From the NCBI GenBank assembly GCA_965226375.1, contig CBDDCX010000008.1:544001-608000 (forward strand): a stretch of 64,000 nt of DNA. The letters run 5' to 3'. Below are positions 1-9,902 of this stretch, in pieces. The notes beneath the pieces are model-generated. The model was given only the letters and a program-made list of their open reading frames with translations, ran no database searches and was not told the DNA's origin. Positions within the stretch are counted from its first letter, which is position 1. Each line of letters begins with the position of its first letter. Position numbers and translations under genes: made by a program. Origin of the DNA: Longimicrobiales bacterium (GTDB lineage: Bacteria; Gemmatimonadota; Gemmatimonadetes; Longimicrobiales; Gaopeijiaceae).

Positions 1-1053
1 CGAGCGGAGCGCCGGGCAGCGAAGGGCACCGACGGGGCCGCAAGAAGTGAAGGCGGTGTCGTGCTGACGTCACCGCTCGTGGAGGCCGTACGCCTGCGAA
101 TCGAGCGGAGCGAACAGACGATTCTTTTGCTGAATCGTCGAGGATACTCGTCCTTTATCCAGTGTCGTGAGTGCGGAGACGTGGAGACCTGCTCCGACTG
201 TTCCATCTCGATGACCTACCATCGTGTGGCGAACCGCCTCGTGTGCCATCACTGCCGAGCGGAGGCGCCGGCACCCTCGCGCTGCCCGCGGTGCGGCTCC
301 GATGATCTCTCGTTCCGGGGACTCGGCACCGAGCAGGTGGAAAAGGTGGTCTCCGAGACGTTCCCCAGTGCTCGGATTGCGCGTATGGACGTGGATACGA
401 CCTCTGGTAAGTGGTCCCATCACGAGATCCTGGGTCGCGTGGAGCGAGGCGAAGTAGATATTCTTCTCGGTACTCAGATGATCGCGAAGGGTCTCGACTT
501 CCCGCGGGTGACGCTCGTGGGGGTGGTGAACGCCGACGTGGGTATCCACCTGCCCGACTTCAGGGCGAGCGAGCGGACCTTTCAGCTCCTAAGTCAGGTG
601 GCAGGCCGTGCCGGACGCGGCGAGCTTGGAGGCGAAGTGCTCGTTCAGACGTCCCTCCCCGATCACTATGCCATTCAAGCGGTGTTGGACCACGACTATG
701 TAGGGTTCGCCTCTCGCGAGATGGCCGAGCGGCGTCACCCGGCGTACCCGCCCGTCGTGCGTCTCGTGAACGTCGTCGTCAGTAGCCCGAACGCCGACGA
801 TGCAGCCCGCAACGCAGAGGCGGCGACGCGCTGGCTCAGGGGACGCCTCCCTCCGGCCTCAGGCGTGGAGCTGATCGGGCCGGCACCCTCGCCCATCGAA
901 CGCCTGCATCGACGGTGGCGGTGGCACTTCATGCTCCGGAGCGCGTCCGCGAAGGCACTTGGAGATGCGTCGCGTATGCTTCACAACGGATTCCGTCCCC
1001 GAGGTTCGGACGTGCGCATGGCCATAGACCGGGATCCTACCGCACTCTTGTGA
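1..1053 (+). CDS. priA: Primosomal protein N' (5'-partial, runs off the window)
   Basis: LLNRRGYS, four CxxC Zn-finger pairs, GLGTEQVE, ILLGTQMIAKGLDFP, PDFRASERTFQLLSQVAGRAGR; frame is open back to base 1. Confidence 0.97.
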   Translation, partial: RAERRAAKGTDGAARSEGGVVLTSPLVEAVRLRIERSEQTILLLNRRGYSSFIQCRECGDVETCSDCSISMTYHRVANRLVCHHCRAEAPAPSRCPRCGSDDLSFRGLGTEQVEKVVSETFPSARIARMDVDTTSGKWSHHEILGRVERGEVDILLGTQMIAKGLDFPRVTLVGVVNADVGIHLPDFRASERTFQLLSQVAGRAGRGELGGEVLVQTSLPDHYAIQAVLDHDYVGFASREMAERRHPAYPPVVRLVNVVVSSPNADDAARNAEAATRWLRGRLPPASGVELIGPAPSPIERLHRRWRWHFMLRSASAKALGDASRMLHNGFRPRGSDVRMAIDRDPTALL

Positions 1054-1269
1054 GCGGGTCCGTGCTCGTGTTGATCTAGTGTCCTGTCCCAGAAATACGC
1101 TGGCATTGATCTCGCTACGCTGCGATCGTCTCGCGGTCAACTCGGCACTCAAATGAAGCGTGGAGGTCGCTCTAGCGGTTGTGGGCGTGTCATCATATCT
1201 GTTCAGGGGGTCTTGGTGTGCCAGGGAGGCGTGCCCCCCATGGGAATCGTCGGTGAGGGGAATGCCAGA

Positions 1270-1845
1270 ATGGGTTGCCTGGCCCTGAACGCGTCATACG
1301 AGCCGCTGACCATCATCCCGGCTCGCCGGGCTATTCGGTTGGTGCTCGATCGAAAAGCGGAGATCCTGGAGGCTGACGACCATCGTGCCTTCCGATCGCC
1401 GCGAAGAGCACTGCCTTTCCCGACGGTCATTCGTTTGGTCCGCTACGTACACGTGCCGAAGGGATTCCGACGGCAGGTCACCAACACTTTCCTGTTCGCG
1501 CGCGACAACTACCAATGCCAGTACTGTGGACGTCACCGTGGTCAGCTCAAGGGTCGGCAGTTTCTGACCAGGGACCATGTCCTCCCCATGTCCCGGGGTG
1601 GGGACAACTCATGGCAGAATGTGGTGACGTCGTGTTCGCCCTGTAACAACCGGAAGGGCGATCGTCTGCCCCGGGAGGCGGGCATGGCGCTCTTGGTGCA
1701 GCCTACGGAACCGAACTACGTCCGCCTCGTTTGGACGGTCCGTCGTGTGACGGAGGCACAGGCGAAGTACATCCGCATGTTCTATGGTGAGGATGTGCTC
1801 TCAACACTCAGGGCGGGACGCATAACGGTGCGCGAACAGGCCTGA
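1270..1845 (+). CDS. HNH endonuclease (McrA/HNH_5-like)
   Basis: LALNASYEPL N-terminus, RDNYQCQYCG, TRDHVLPMSRGG, CSPCNNRKG; start chosen at ATG 1270 behind a purine-rich RBS. Confidence 0.9.
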   Translation: MGCLALNASYEPLTIIPARRAIRLVLDRKAEILEADDHRAFRSPRRALPFPTVIRLVRYVHVPKGFRRQVTNTFLFARDNYQCQYCGRHRGQLKGRQFLTRDHVLPMSRGGDNSWQNVVTSCSPCNNRKGDRLPREAGMALLVQPTEPNYVRLVWTVRRVTEAQAKYIRMFYGEDVLSTLRAGRITVREQA

Positions 1846-1916
1846 GCCTCGTCGCGGATGCGCCCATCGGAGTGAGGGTGCTCTCGGGTCTCTTCCGGCG
1901 CGCCAGATAAGAGCGG

Positions 1917-2393
1917 CTAGTCGTCCAACCAGGCGTAGGGTCGTTCGTAGAACTGACCCGAGCCACGCACCGTTCCGGCCTCGGTGTGTTCTTTCCACCG
2001 GATGATCCAGCCCCGGTTCTCGTCCTGAATGACCTTGAAAGAGAAGCCCGGAAGCTCCTGACGCTCGGCGAGGAATCGAGCGAGTGGGGCCGGCAGGTTG
2101 GAGACTCCCTCCACCTCGGCATGCTGGTGGTCCGCCATGATCTCCTCACGGATCTTCGACTCGCTCAACTTGAGCGCCCGAATGGCTTCCTCCACCGCCC
2201 CGGCGACTTCGGACAGACCTTCGTCTGGTGAACTTCCGGTCCGCCGCCGGATGGACCGGATTATCGCCCCTGTCCCGGGAGCGGAAAGATCATCACGGAT
2301 CTGCTGAAGTTGTCGGAGGAGGCGTGCGTGCAGATGTAATAGTTGCCCGTACTCTCGCTTCGCCTCAGCTGTCTTGGGGGTACTTCCGGTCAT
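1917..2393 (-). CDS. Hypothetical protein
   Basis: Protein-like ORF with helical N-terminal half, ending GQFYERPYAWLDD; start could be 2393 or 2426. Confidence 0.7.
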   Translation of the reverse strand: MTGSTPKTAEAKREYGQLLHLHARLLRQLQQIRDDLSAPGTGAIIRSIRRRTGSSPDEGLSEVAGAVEEAIRALKLSESKIREEIMADHQHAEVEGVSNLPAPLARFLAERQELPGFSFKVIQDENRGWIIRWKEHTEAGTVRGSGQFYERPYAWLDD

Positions 2394-2524
2394 TCGCTCA
2401 TCTGATTGATCGGGCGGTGGTGGCATCGCGAACCCCGTAAGATGGCCACGAATCAGGACATAAGTCGAGAGTTTCGTACTCGACCGTTTGGGAGGGGCAT
2501 TGGCGAACCCGGGCCGACGGGACC

Positions 2525-3106
2525 ATGTTCAGGTCCATGGACAGTAGCGATGTACCGAACGAAGAGGGTGTGGGGCCGAAGCCCACGCCGATAAGGGAGG
2601 TGGTAGGAGAGCCACGCCCTAACCCCCGCCGGCGCGCGGACGAGCCCCATGTCGGAGATTCGCCAGAGCAGCGTGCGCGGGGTCAGCGAGAGCGCCCGAA
2701 GGGCTCCCGCGACAAGGGGCGTTCGGTAGGGAGGGGAAGAGATCGAGGGCAGGGGCGGACCGCGCCTCGTTCGGTGCGTGCCGGGTTGGACGGCCAGGCC
2801 TCGAAACCGACCGCGGTGCAAGATCTCCCGTCGCGTGAGTTCGTGAGCGAGGGCGTCGAATGGATCCTCCGTCTCTCTGGCCGGAGTTCAACGGGGTCGC
2901 CGTCCGATCCAGGGGCTCCGTTGCTCCATCTCATGTTCTACAGAGCTGATGAGCCACTAGTAGAGGTATGTGAGGCTCTGATTCCGGGTGATTCGATCGA
3001 TCGCCTTTTTGAGGCGGATCTGGCCGCGGTGGTCGAATCGGCGAGGAAAGCGACAATGCCGGAGGAGCCCTCGAAGGTCCCTCCGACACCCAGTCCCAGC
3101 GAGTAA
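2525..3106 (+). CDS. Hypothetical protein (Arg/Gly-rich disordered N-terminus, small folded C-terminal domain)
   Basis: Longest ORF filling the gap; C-terminal half has natural-looking composition. Confidence 0.55.
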   Translation: MFRSMDSSDVPNEEGVGPKPTPIREVVGEPRPNPRRRADEPHVGDSPEQRARGQRERPKGSRDKGRSVGRGRDRGQGRTAPRSVRAGLDGQASKPTAVQDLPSREFVSEGVEWILRLSGRSSTGSPSDPGAPLLHLMFYRADEPLVEVCEALIPGDSIDRLFEADLAAVVESARKATMPEEPSKVPPTPSPSE

Positions 3107-3331
3107 GGCCTCATTCGAGACCAGTCTGCTCGTTGGCAAGCTCGAGGTCGTCGTAACCGATTCGGTGTTCCCAGTTAACAATTCCGTGTCTCGCTGACTC
3201 ACATAGGCGCGTCAGGACCTGGTGGGGGCGGGGCCTCGGACACAGGGCTCAGGGTTTTGCACCGAAACCTCGCTTTCGTGAGATTCAGGAAGACGCAGGG
3301 ACTCAACACCAGGGGCGGTGGCGGTGTCTCC

Positions 3332-3907
3332 ATGGATGTGACCGAACAAGTGCCAGACGTAGATCTGGTCCGCCGGGCGTGCGCCGGTGACGGTGCAGCC
3401 TTCGGAGGGCTCGTCGAGCGTTACATGCGAGCCGCCTACGCCGTGGCGCTATCGGTGACCGGAAGACACGAGGATGCTGAAGACGCCGCACAGGAAGCCT
3501 TTATGGTGGCGCTCGAGCGGATCGAAGAGTGCAGGAGCCCCGATCGGTTCGCGGGGTGGCTCATGACCATCGTCAGGAATCGGTCCCGCAACCTCGTTCG
3601 GAGGGAAGTGCTAAGGGGAACGGATGAGGTGCCAGATGGGGCTTCGGCAAAGGGGCCGACGCCCGAGCGGGCTGCCGAGCAGATCGAGCTCGAGGAGCGG
3701 CTGTCGAAGGCCCTTGGAGAGCTGCCGGAGGTCCAGAGAGAGATTGTGTTGCTGCACGACCTCGAGGGGTGGAAGCATAGGGAGATCGCCGAACGGTTGG
3801 AAATTCCATCCGGCACGGTGCGCTCCCATCTCCACTTCGCGAGGAAAGCGCTACAAAAGGATTTGAGCCTGTCCGAACATAGGACGGATACTAGGGAGAG
3901 AGCATGA
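3332..3907 (+). CDS. ECF (sigma-70 family) RNA polymerase sigma factor
   Basis: Region 2 DAEDAAQEAF...FAGWLMTIVRN; region 4 EIAERLEIPSGTVRSHLHFARKAL. Confidence 0.95.
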   Translation: MDVTEQVPDVDLVRRACAGDGAAFGGLVERYMRAAYAVALSVTGRHEDAEDAAQEAFMVALERIEECRSPDRFAGWLMTIVRNRSRNLVRREVLRGTDEVPDGASAKGPTPERAAEQIELEERLSKALGELPEVQREIVLLHDLEGWKHREIAERLEIPSGTVRSHLHFARKALQKDLSLSEHRTDTRERA

Positions 3908-4320
3908 CGAACAACGGTCGAGGGAGCGGTCCGGGCCTTCACGGGGACGAGGGGCCTTTGGCATCCCGCTACGACCTCGGAGTACTCGATCCGGGCCGCA
4001 CAGACCCCGGGTATTGGGCCCGATTCCGGTCACATGTGATGACGAGGGCCGCAGACGAACTCGCCAGACGACGTGTAATGGCGGACATCACAGTGCTGGA
4101 GCTTGCGCAGTCGTGGGCCAGGGTACTGGTGCCGGCAGCGGCCGTTGCCGCGGCGGTGGGGGCGGTGATGCTTTCCCAAGGTCGTGTACCCGGGTCACTG
4201 GCGATCGCAGGTCCAGAAGAAGTCCTGACCCAGGAGCTCGAGGATCGGACCCTGCCCGACTTCATGGCACTGGAAGAAGCGGAAGAGGGCGCCTTCCTGT
4301 TGGCTGGAGGGACCTACTGA
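3904..4320 (+). CDS. Putative anti-sigma / single-pass membrane protein
   Basis: ATGA overlap with the sigma gene; one hydrophobic segment (VLVPAAAVAAAVGAVML). Confidence 0.65.
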   Translation: MTNNGRGSGPGLHGDEGPLASRYDLGVLDPGRTDPGYWARFRSHVMTRAADELARRRVMADITVLELAQSWARVLVPAAAVAAAVGAVMLSQGRVPGSLAIAGPEEVLTQELEDRTLPDFMALEEAEEGAFLLAGGTY

Positions 4321-4739
4321 TGCCGATTAGAAGAATGTTGCGGGCAAAGGTAGTGGCGGGAGCCGCTTTGACGCTGCTCTTTGGAAGCGGCGTTGTGGTT
4401 GGTCTGGCGTGGGACGAGACGGCCAGCGCCAGCACTCCCGAGGCGACACGCACGGAGGAACCGGAGACGGACCGCGACCGAAACAACGGAAGGGTCATCG
4501 ATAGGGTCGGGCTCAGCGAGGTACAGAATGCGTCTGTCGACTCGCTCGTGGCCTACTATCGGGGACCGATGCGGGACTTGAATGCCGAGTTCAGGCCTCG
4601 CTACCGAGCCGTCATCGGTGACCTCAGGGAAGCGATCAAAGAGATCCTGACCGACGAGCAGCGCGCGATGTACGAAGTGCTTCTTGAAGAGCACGACGCG
4701 AAGCACCACTCACGGCGCTCGAGGGACTCGAAACAGTAA
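4320..4739 (+). CDS. Exported helical protein (Spy/CpxP-like)
   Basis: TGATG overlap with upstream gene; N-terminal hydrophobic anchor; LSEVQ and ILTDEQR (LTxxQ-like) motifs. Confidence 0.65.
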   Translation: MPIRRMLRAKVVAGAALTLLFGSGVVVGLAWDETASASTPEATRTEEPETDRDRNNGRVIDRVGLSEVQNASVDSLVAYYRGPMRDLNAEFRPRYRAVIGDLREAIKEILTDEQRAMYEVLLEEHDAKHHSRRSRDSKQ

Positions 4740-4744
4740 TCCTC

Positions 4745-6055
4745 ATGACCATTCGATTGACACTTACGCTCGGCGCCTTGATGGCCCTGAGCACGCCGGG
4801 GAGCGCGCAGGAGCGGCCTCTCCTCGATCCGGGGGTGACCCGGGTAACTCTGGACGATGCCATTGCCCAGGCTCTGATACTGAGCCCGCTGATGGCCCAG
4901 TCCGAGCAGTCGGTCATCAACGCGGGGGAGTCCAAGAGAACGGCTGTTGGAGCGTTCATCCCAACGTTGTCCACGAGCTCCGGTATGTCGGTCCGAAGCG
5001 CGGACCAGTTCGACCCGGGAACGAATCGGCTCGTTTCGGGGAGCGCGAGCTCCTATAACGCAGGCCTCAACGCGCGCTACGACATCTTCCGTGGTGGCCA
5101 GCGATTCTCGGACCTCAGTCGGGCCAGGGCCGACCTGACGGCTGCCGAGTCACGCCGCCAGGATCAGCGATTCGGTGTCATTCTACAGACCAAGAACCTG
5201 TTCTTCCAGGCACTGCGGCAGGCAGAGCTTCTAGAGGTGGCACGGCGCCGAATTGCGCAGGCGAACCAGAGCCTCGAGATGACCCGGGCCCAAGTTCTCG
5301 TGGGCGCGGGGACCGTGTCGGACACCTTGAGGGCTCGCCTCGAGTACATCAACGCCCGTCAGGCGGTACTCCGCGCCGAGGTGGCGACGCGGGCCGCTCG
5401 CTTTGGTCTTGGACGACAGATCGGAGAAGCTGCGCCCGTAATTCCCGAGGCCCCCGGTGACCTTTCTCCCCGTCCGCTTCCCATGGTCGAGGCTGAGGTA
5501 CTGCAGATCGCCGAGTCCCTGGCTCCGTCGGTCATGGCCGCCCAAGCAGCCACGTTGGCGGCCCAACAGGCCTACTCTTCGTCCAAGAGTGTCTATATCC
5601 CGACCGTGAGCCTGAGCAGCGGGTACAACTGGTCGAATCAGCAAGCTTCGTTCGGTGGTGGACGGACGAGCTGGAACCTGAATTTCAACCTCAGCTACCC
5701 GCTTTTCAACGGGTTCAGCCGTGAAGCGAGCGTTGTGCGGGCTGAGTATTCGACACGGCTCGCGCGTATCCAAGAGGACGATGCCCGGCTGGGTTCGCGC
5801 CAAGCGACCGACGCCGCATTGAGAGATTTGGAGACGGCGGAGTTGGCAATCGATATTGCGCAGGAAGCGGTGGCTGTTGCGGACGAGGACCTGAGGGTCA
5901 CTCGGGCGAGGTATGAAGCGGACGTGGCGATCATCCTGGACGTCATCACGAGTCAGGTCGCCTCTGATCAGGCGAGGGTGGACCTCGTGAACGCGCGCTA
6001 CGACTACGGCCTGGCTCGCGCGGAACTCGAGGCGATTCTGGGGAGGGAACTGTGA
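4745..6055 (+). CDS. TolC-family outer membrane efflux protein
   Basis: Signal peptide, [10 protein letters not shown], two OEP-like repeats, lies in an operon with MacAB-type genes. Confidence 0.92.
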   Translation: MTIRLTLTLGALMALSTPGSAQERPLLDPGVTRVTLDDAIAQALILSPLMAQSEQSVINAGESKRTAVGAFIPTLSTSSGMSVRSADQFDPGTNRLVSGSASSYNAGLNARYDIFRGGQRFSDLSRARADLTAAESRRQDQRFGVILQTKNLFFQALRQAELLEVARRRIAQANQSLEMTRAQVLVGAGTVSDTLRARLEYINARQAVLRAEVATRAARFGLGRQIGEAAPVIPEAPGDLSPRPLPMVEAEVLQIAESLAPSVMAAQAATLAAQQAYSSSKSVYIPTVSLSSGYNWSNQQASFGGGRTSWNLNFNLSYPLFNGFSREASVVRAEYSTRLARIQEDDARLGSRQATDAALRDLETAELAIDIAQEAVAVADEDLRVTRARYEADVAIILDVITSQVASDQARVDLVNARYDYGLARAELEAILGREL

Positions 6056-6759
6056 GCGATCTGATCATTCGCACCAAGGGGCTCAAGAAGTACTACGTCT
6101 TGGGTGCCGAGACGGTGCGAGCGCTGAGGGGGGTGGATCTGGATATCCGCCCGGGCGAATTCGTTGCGATCATGGGGCCCTCGGGGAGCGGCAAGTCGAC
6201 GTTCATGAACCTGATCGGATGCCTCGACACCCCGACGGAAGGCGAGTACTGGCTAAACGGCGTTCCGGTCAGTGACCTCTCCGACGACGAGCTCGCACGC
6301 ATTCGCAACCGGGAGATCGGATTCGTCTTCCAAACCTTCAACCTTCTGCCGAGGGCCACGGCACTTCACAACGTGGAGCTCCCGCTCATCTACGCCGGAG
6401 TCGCCGCCAAGGAGCGCAGGCAGCGGGCCGAGGATAAACTCGAGCTTGTCGGTCTGGCAGATCGGATGGATCACCGCCCGCCGGAGCTTTCGGGTGGGCA
6501 GAGACAGAGGGTGGCCGTGGCGAGGGCGTTGGTAAACAACCCAGCGCTTCTCCTCGCGGATGAGCCGACCGGCAACCTCGACTCGGTGACGAGCGAGGAG
6601 ATCATGGCCGTGTTCGTTGAGTTGAACAGACAGGGCCAGACCCTCATCATCGTCACGCACGAACATGACATCGCAGAATATACCAAGCGGCAGGTCCACC
6701 TTCACGACGGCATAATCGCCAAGGACTTCCTGCACGAGCCGACGGGGATACACGTATGA
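6052..6759 (+). CDS. ABC transporter ATP-binding protein (MacB/LolD-type)
   Basis: Walker [35 protein letters not shown]. Confidence 0.96.
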   Translation: MSDLIIRTKGLKKYYVLGAETVRALRGVDLDIRPGEFVAIMGPSGSGKSTFMNLIGCLDTPTEGEYWLNGVPVSDLSDDELARIRNREIGFVFQTFNLLPRATALHNVELPLIYAGVAAKERRQRAEDKLELVGLADRMDHRPPELSGGQRQRVAVARALVNNPALLLADEPTGNLDSVTSEEIMAVFVELNRQGQTLIIVTHEHDIAEYTKRQVHLHDGIIAKDFLHEPTGIHV

Positions 6760-8339
6760 CCGCCTCCAGAATCATGAGATCTTGGGGAGCCGTGCTCGCC
6801 CTACCGCTCGCTCTCGCGTGCGGAACCACCGAGGCTGAAGAGGCCCCGACCGTACAGACCGCCGTGGTCGAGCGCGGAGACCTGATGATCACCGCCGAGG
6901 CGACCGGCAACGTGGAGCCTGTCCGCAAGGTCGAGGTCAAGTCCAAGGCGTCCGGCGAGATCTTGCGACTCCATGTCGACATCGGCGACCAGGTCGAGCC
7001 TGGAGCCCTCCTTGCAGAGGTCGACCCCAGGGACGTCCGGAACGCATCAGCGCAGGCTGAGGCCGATCTGGAGGTGTCCCAGGCCCGGCTGGACATCGCC
7101 CTGGCCCAGCTCGGACGTTCCGAAGAGCTCCTGGCTTCCGGCGTGATCTCGATGCAGGAGCATGAGAGCAAGAACCTGGAGTTCGCCAACGCCCAAGCTA
7201 CGCACGTGAAGGCGCTGACAAACCACGAGTTGGCTCAGCTTCGTCTACAGGACGTGACGATTCGGGCGCCGATGGCCGGGACCATCCTCGAGAAGAACGT
7301 CGAGGAAGGTCAGGTCATCCAGTCGGCTTCTCAGAACGTGTCGGGTGGCACGGTGCTTCTGATCATGGCTAATCTGCAAGAAATGCAGGTACGGACGCTC
7401 GTAGACGAGACGGATATGGGGGAGATCCGTGCCGGTATGCGGGCCGTGGTCACGGTCGAGGCTTACCCGGACCGGCCCTTCGTTGGAGAGGTTGAGAAAA
7501 TCGAGCCTCAGGCCGTGGTCCAGCAGAACGTGACCATGTTTCCCGTCATCGTTCGGCTGGACAACGGGTCCGGGCTCCTCAAGCCCGGAATGAACGCCGA
7601 GGTCGAAGTGGAGATCGCCGAGGCTCCGTCGGTGCTGCTGATCCCCAACGCTGCCGTGGTTACCCCGCAGGAGGCGGTGCCCGCGGCAATGGTCCTCGGG
7701 CTTCCGGAGGACGCGGTCGACATGCGGGGTATGTTTGCCGGCATGGGCGGCGGCCGAGGTGGCCCCGGGTTCGGTGGGCAGCGCTCTGGGCAGGGTGGTG
7801 ACGCCCGTGGAGAAAGAGGCGGCCGACAGGGTGCCACACCCGGAGCGGGAACAGGGGCTGCGCGCCCAGATGGTGGACAAGGGCGGCCGGGCGCGGGGAT
7901 CGCTGGTGGGGACCGGGCCGGTCTGGACTCGATCCGAGCCCGGGTGGCGAGGGGTGAGATTTCCCAAGACTCGGCACGAGCGATATTCCAGCGAAGACGA
8001 GCAGCTACGGGTGAGGGGACTGGCGGGCCCGGCCAGGGTTTCGGACGCCTGCCCGGAGATCAAGGCCCTGGCGAGGCCCCACTGCAGCAGTCACGGCGTG
8101 CCGTCGTCTTCGTGATGATGCAGGACGGGACGATCGAACCGCGTGCGGTGATGATCGGATTGAACGACTGGGACTACACTCAGGTGGTGATTGGGGTCGA
8201 GGAGGGTGAGCAGGTGGCCCTCATCGGCGCCGCCCAATTGAGGGCGACGCAGGACGCGTTCCTGGAGCGGATTCGGTCCCGGACGTCCCCCTTCGGGGGC
8301 GGTGGCCCCGGAAGTGGCGGCGGCCGCGGGCGACGGTAG
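6756..8339 (+). CDS. Efflux periplasmic adaptor subunit (MacA-like lipoprotein)
   Basis: Lipobox-like [34 protein letters not shown]; Gly-rich insertion. Confidence 0.92.
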   Translation: MTASRIMRSWGAVLALPLALACGTTEAEEAPTVQTAVVERGDLMITAEATGNVEPVRKVEVKSKASGEILRLHVDIGDQVEPGALLAEVDPRDVRNASAQAEADLEVSQARLDIALAQLGRSEELLASGVISMQEHESKNLEFANAQATHVKALTNHELAQLRLQDVTIRAPMAGTILEKNVEEGQVIQSASQNVSGGTVLLIMANLQEMQVRTLVDETDMGEIRAGMRAVVTVEAYPDRPFVGEVEKIEPQAVVQQNVTMFPVIVRLDNGSGLLKPGMNAEVEVEIAEAPSVLLIPNAAVVTPQEAVPAAMVLGLPEDAVDMRGMFAGMGGGRGGPGFGGQRSGQGGDARGERGGRQGATPGAGTGAARPDGGQGRPGAGIAGGDRAGLDSIRARVARGEISQDSARAIFQRRRAATGEGTGGPGQGFGRLPGDQGPGEAPLQQSRRAVVFVMMQDGTIEPRAVMIGLNDWDYTQVVIGVEEGEQVALIGAAQLRATQDAFLERIRSRTSPFGGGGPGSGGGRGRR

Positions 8340-8342
8340 TCC

Positions 8343-9557
8343 ATGCTCATCCGAGAGATCCTCTGGGTAGCGTTGGGTGCGGTTCGGGCGAACGCGCTCC
8401 GCTCCTTCTTGACCACGCTGGGCATCATCATCGGCGTCTCAGCCGTGATCGCCATGGTGGCGCTGGGTGAGGGGGCTCAGCGTCGAGTCGAAGAGCAGAT
8501 ATCGAGGATGGGCACGAACGTGCTCACGATCAGCCCGGGGCAGCGGTATTTCGGTGGTGTCTCCACGGGTGATACGGAGGACCTCACCGTGGAGGATGCC
8601 GAGGCCCTTCGGGACGAGAGCGGCGGGCTGCTGAGCATCTCTCCGATGGTGAGCTCCCGTGTTCAAATCGCCTATCTCCGCTGGAATTCGAGCAACCAGG
8701 TCCGAGGGATTTGGCCGGCCTACTTCGACATGTACAGCCTGCATGTTGAACACGGCGAGGCCTTCAACCGGGGGCACGTCCAGGGAAGGCGCCGTGTGGC
8801 GGTGCTGGGGTATGCCGTTCCCGAGTCATTGGGGACGCCGGCGGCCGTGCTCGTAGGCAAGAGGATCCAGATCCGTGGGCAGCCGTTCGAGGTGGTAGGC
8901 GTCATGGAAGAGAAGGGCGACGCCGGCTTCTTCCGTCCGGACGACGAGGTCTTCATTCCGACCTCGACCGCTCAGTTCCGGGTGGGCGGTGGACGCCGCA
9001 GGCTTTCTTCTATCTACGCCCAGGTACCATCCACCGACGCCATGGACCGCGCCTTTGCCGAGATCGACCGCATCCTGCGGCGTGAGCACAGGGTTAGGCC
9101 CGGAGAGAACACCGACTTCAGTATCCGGAACTCGAGCGATCTTGTCGCCACGTTCAACGAGACCACCCAGACATTCACGATGCTTCTCGCGGGCATCGCG
9201 GCCATCAGCCTGATCGTGGGCGGCATCGGCATCATGAACATCATGCTGGTGAGCGTTACCGAGCGGACCCGCGAGATCGGTGTCCGGAAGGCACTCGGCG
9301 CCACGCGGAGGGCGATCCTCTTCCAGTTCCTCATCGAGGCCCTGGTTCTGTGCATCCTGGGGGGCATCCTGGGCGTCCTCGTGGGTGTGGGTGGGGCGGA
9401 GGCCCTTACGCGCTTCGCCGACTGGGAGACTGCCGTGGCAGTTGAGTCGGTCGTGTTGGCTCTGGCCTTTTCCGCCGGCATCGGCCTGTTCTTCGGAATT
9501 TGGCCCGCCCAGCGAGCGGCCAAGTTGGATCCCATCGACGCCTTACGCCACGAATAG
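8343..9557 (+). CDS. ABC transporter permease (MacB/FtsX family)
   Basis: RSFLTTLGIIIGV, GGIGIMNIMLVSVTERTREIGVRKALGA, AAKLDPIDALRHE. Confidence 0.96.
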   Translation: MLIREILWVALGAVRANALRSFLTTLGIIIGVSAVIAMVALGEGAQRRVEEQISRMGTNVLTISPGQRYFGGVSTGDTEDLTVEDAEALRDESGGLLSISPMVSSRVQIAYLRWNSSNQVRGIWPAYFDMYSLHVEHGEAFNRGHVQGRRRVAVLGYAVPESLGTPAAVLVGKRIQIRGQPFEVVGVMEEKGDAGFFRPDDEVFIPTSTAQFRVGGGRRRLSSIYAQVPSTDAMDRAFAEIDRILRREHRVRPGENTDFSIRNSSDLVATFNETTQTFTMLLAGIAAISLIVGGIGIMNIMLVSVTERTREIGVRKALGATRRAILFQFLIEALVLCILGGILGVLVGVGGAEALTRFADWETAVAVESVVLALAFSAGIGLFFGIWPAQRAAKLDPIDALRHE

Positions 9558-9601
9558 ACTGCGCCGCAGGGGGGCGGCGACCTCGCTTTGGCATGGTAGG
9601 T

Positions 9602-9694
9602 CGTTGGGAGGAGATATGGCCTCTCCCGAACCCCGCTTCGGTACCACCGCTTCGCGGCAGATGGGTTCGGGAGAGGCCATATCTCCTCCCAACG
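9602..9694. repeat. Perfect 32-bp inverted repeat with 29-nt spacer (REP-doublet/MITE-like)
   Basis: cgttgggaggagatatggcctctcccgaaccc (9602-9633) and its exact reverse complement (9663-9694), between convergent genes. Confidence 0.9.
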
Positions 9695-9902
9695 CGGGCT
9701 TTAGTCGCGAGGACCCCGCTCCCCAGCGGCTTATGGAAGGCTTGGGCTGGGTAGGTGGCTGAGCAGCCGGCAAACGTCCTCCCTGCCAGCTCCGCGGTAG
9801 CATCAAGCTGGAGGCGTGTGCGTCACCCTCCGGAGACGGTCCGCGGCAACGCCGTGGAGCGAAGCGTCGGCTCAGGAGGGTGACGCACACACCTCCAGCC
9901 GC

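Noticed and set aside
1101..1116. Sigma54-like motif TGGCAT-TGATC-TCGCT upstream of the HNH gene
   Set aside because: The -12 element deviates from TTGC and there is no supporting context.
1270..1845. HNH nuclease as a defence or mobile-element component
   Set aside because: Stand-alone housekeeping-type HNH with no adjacent methylase, array or element ends.
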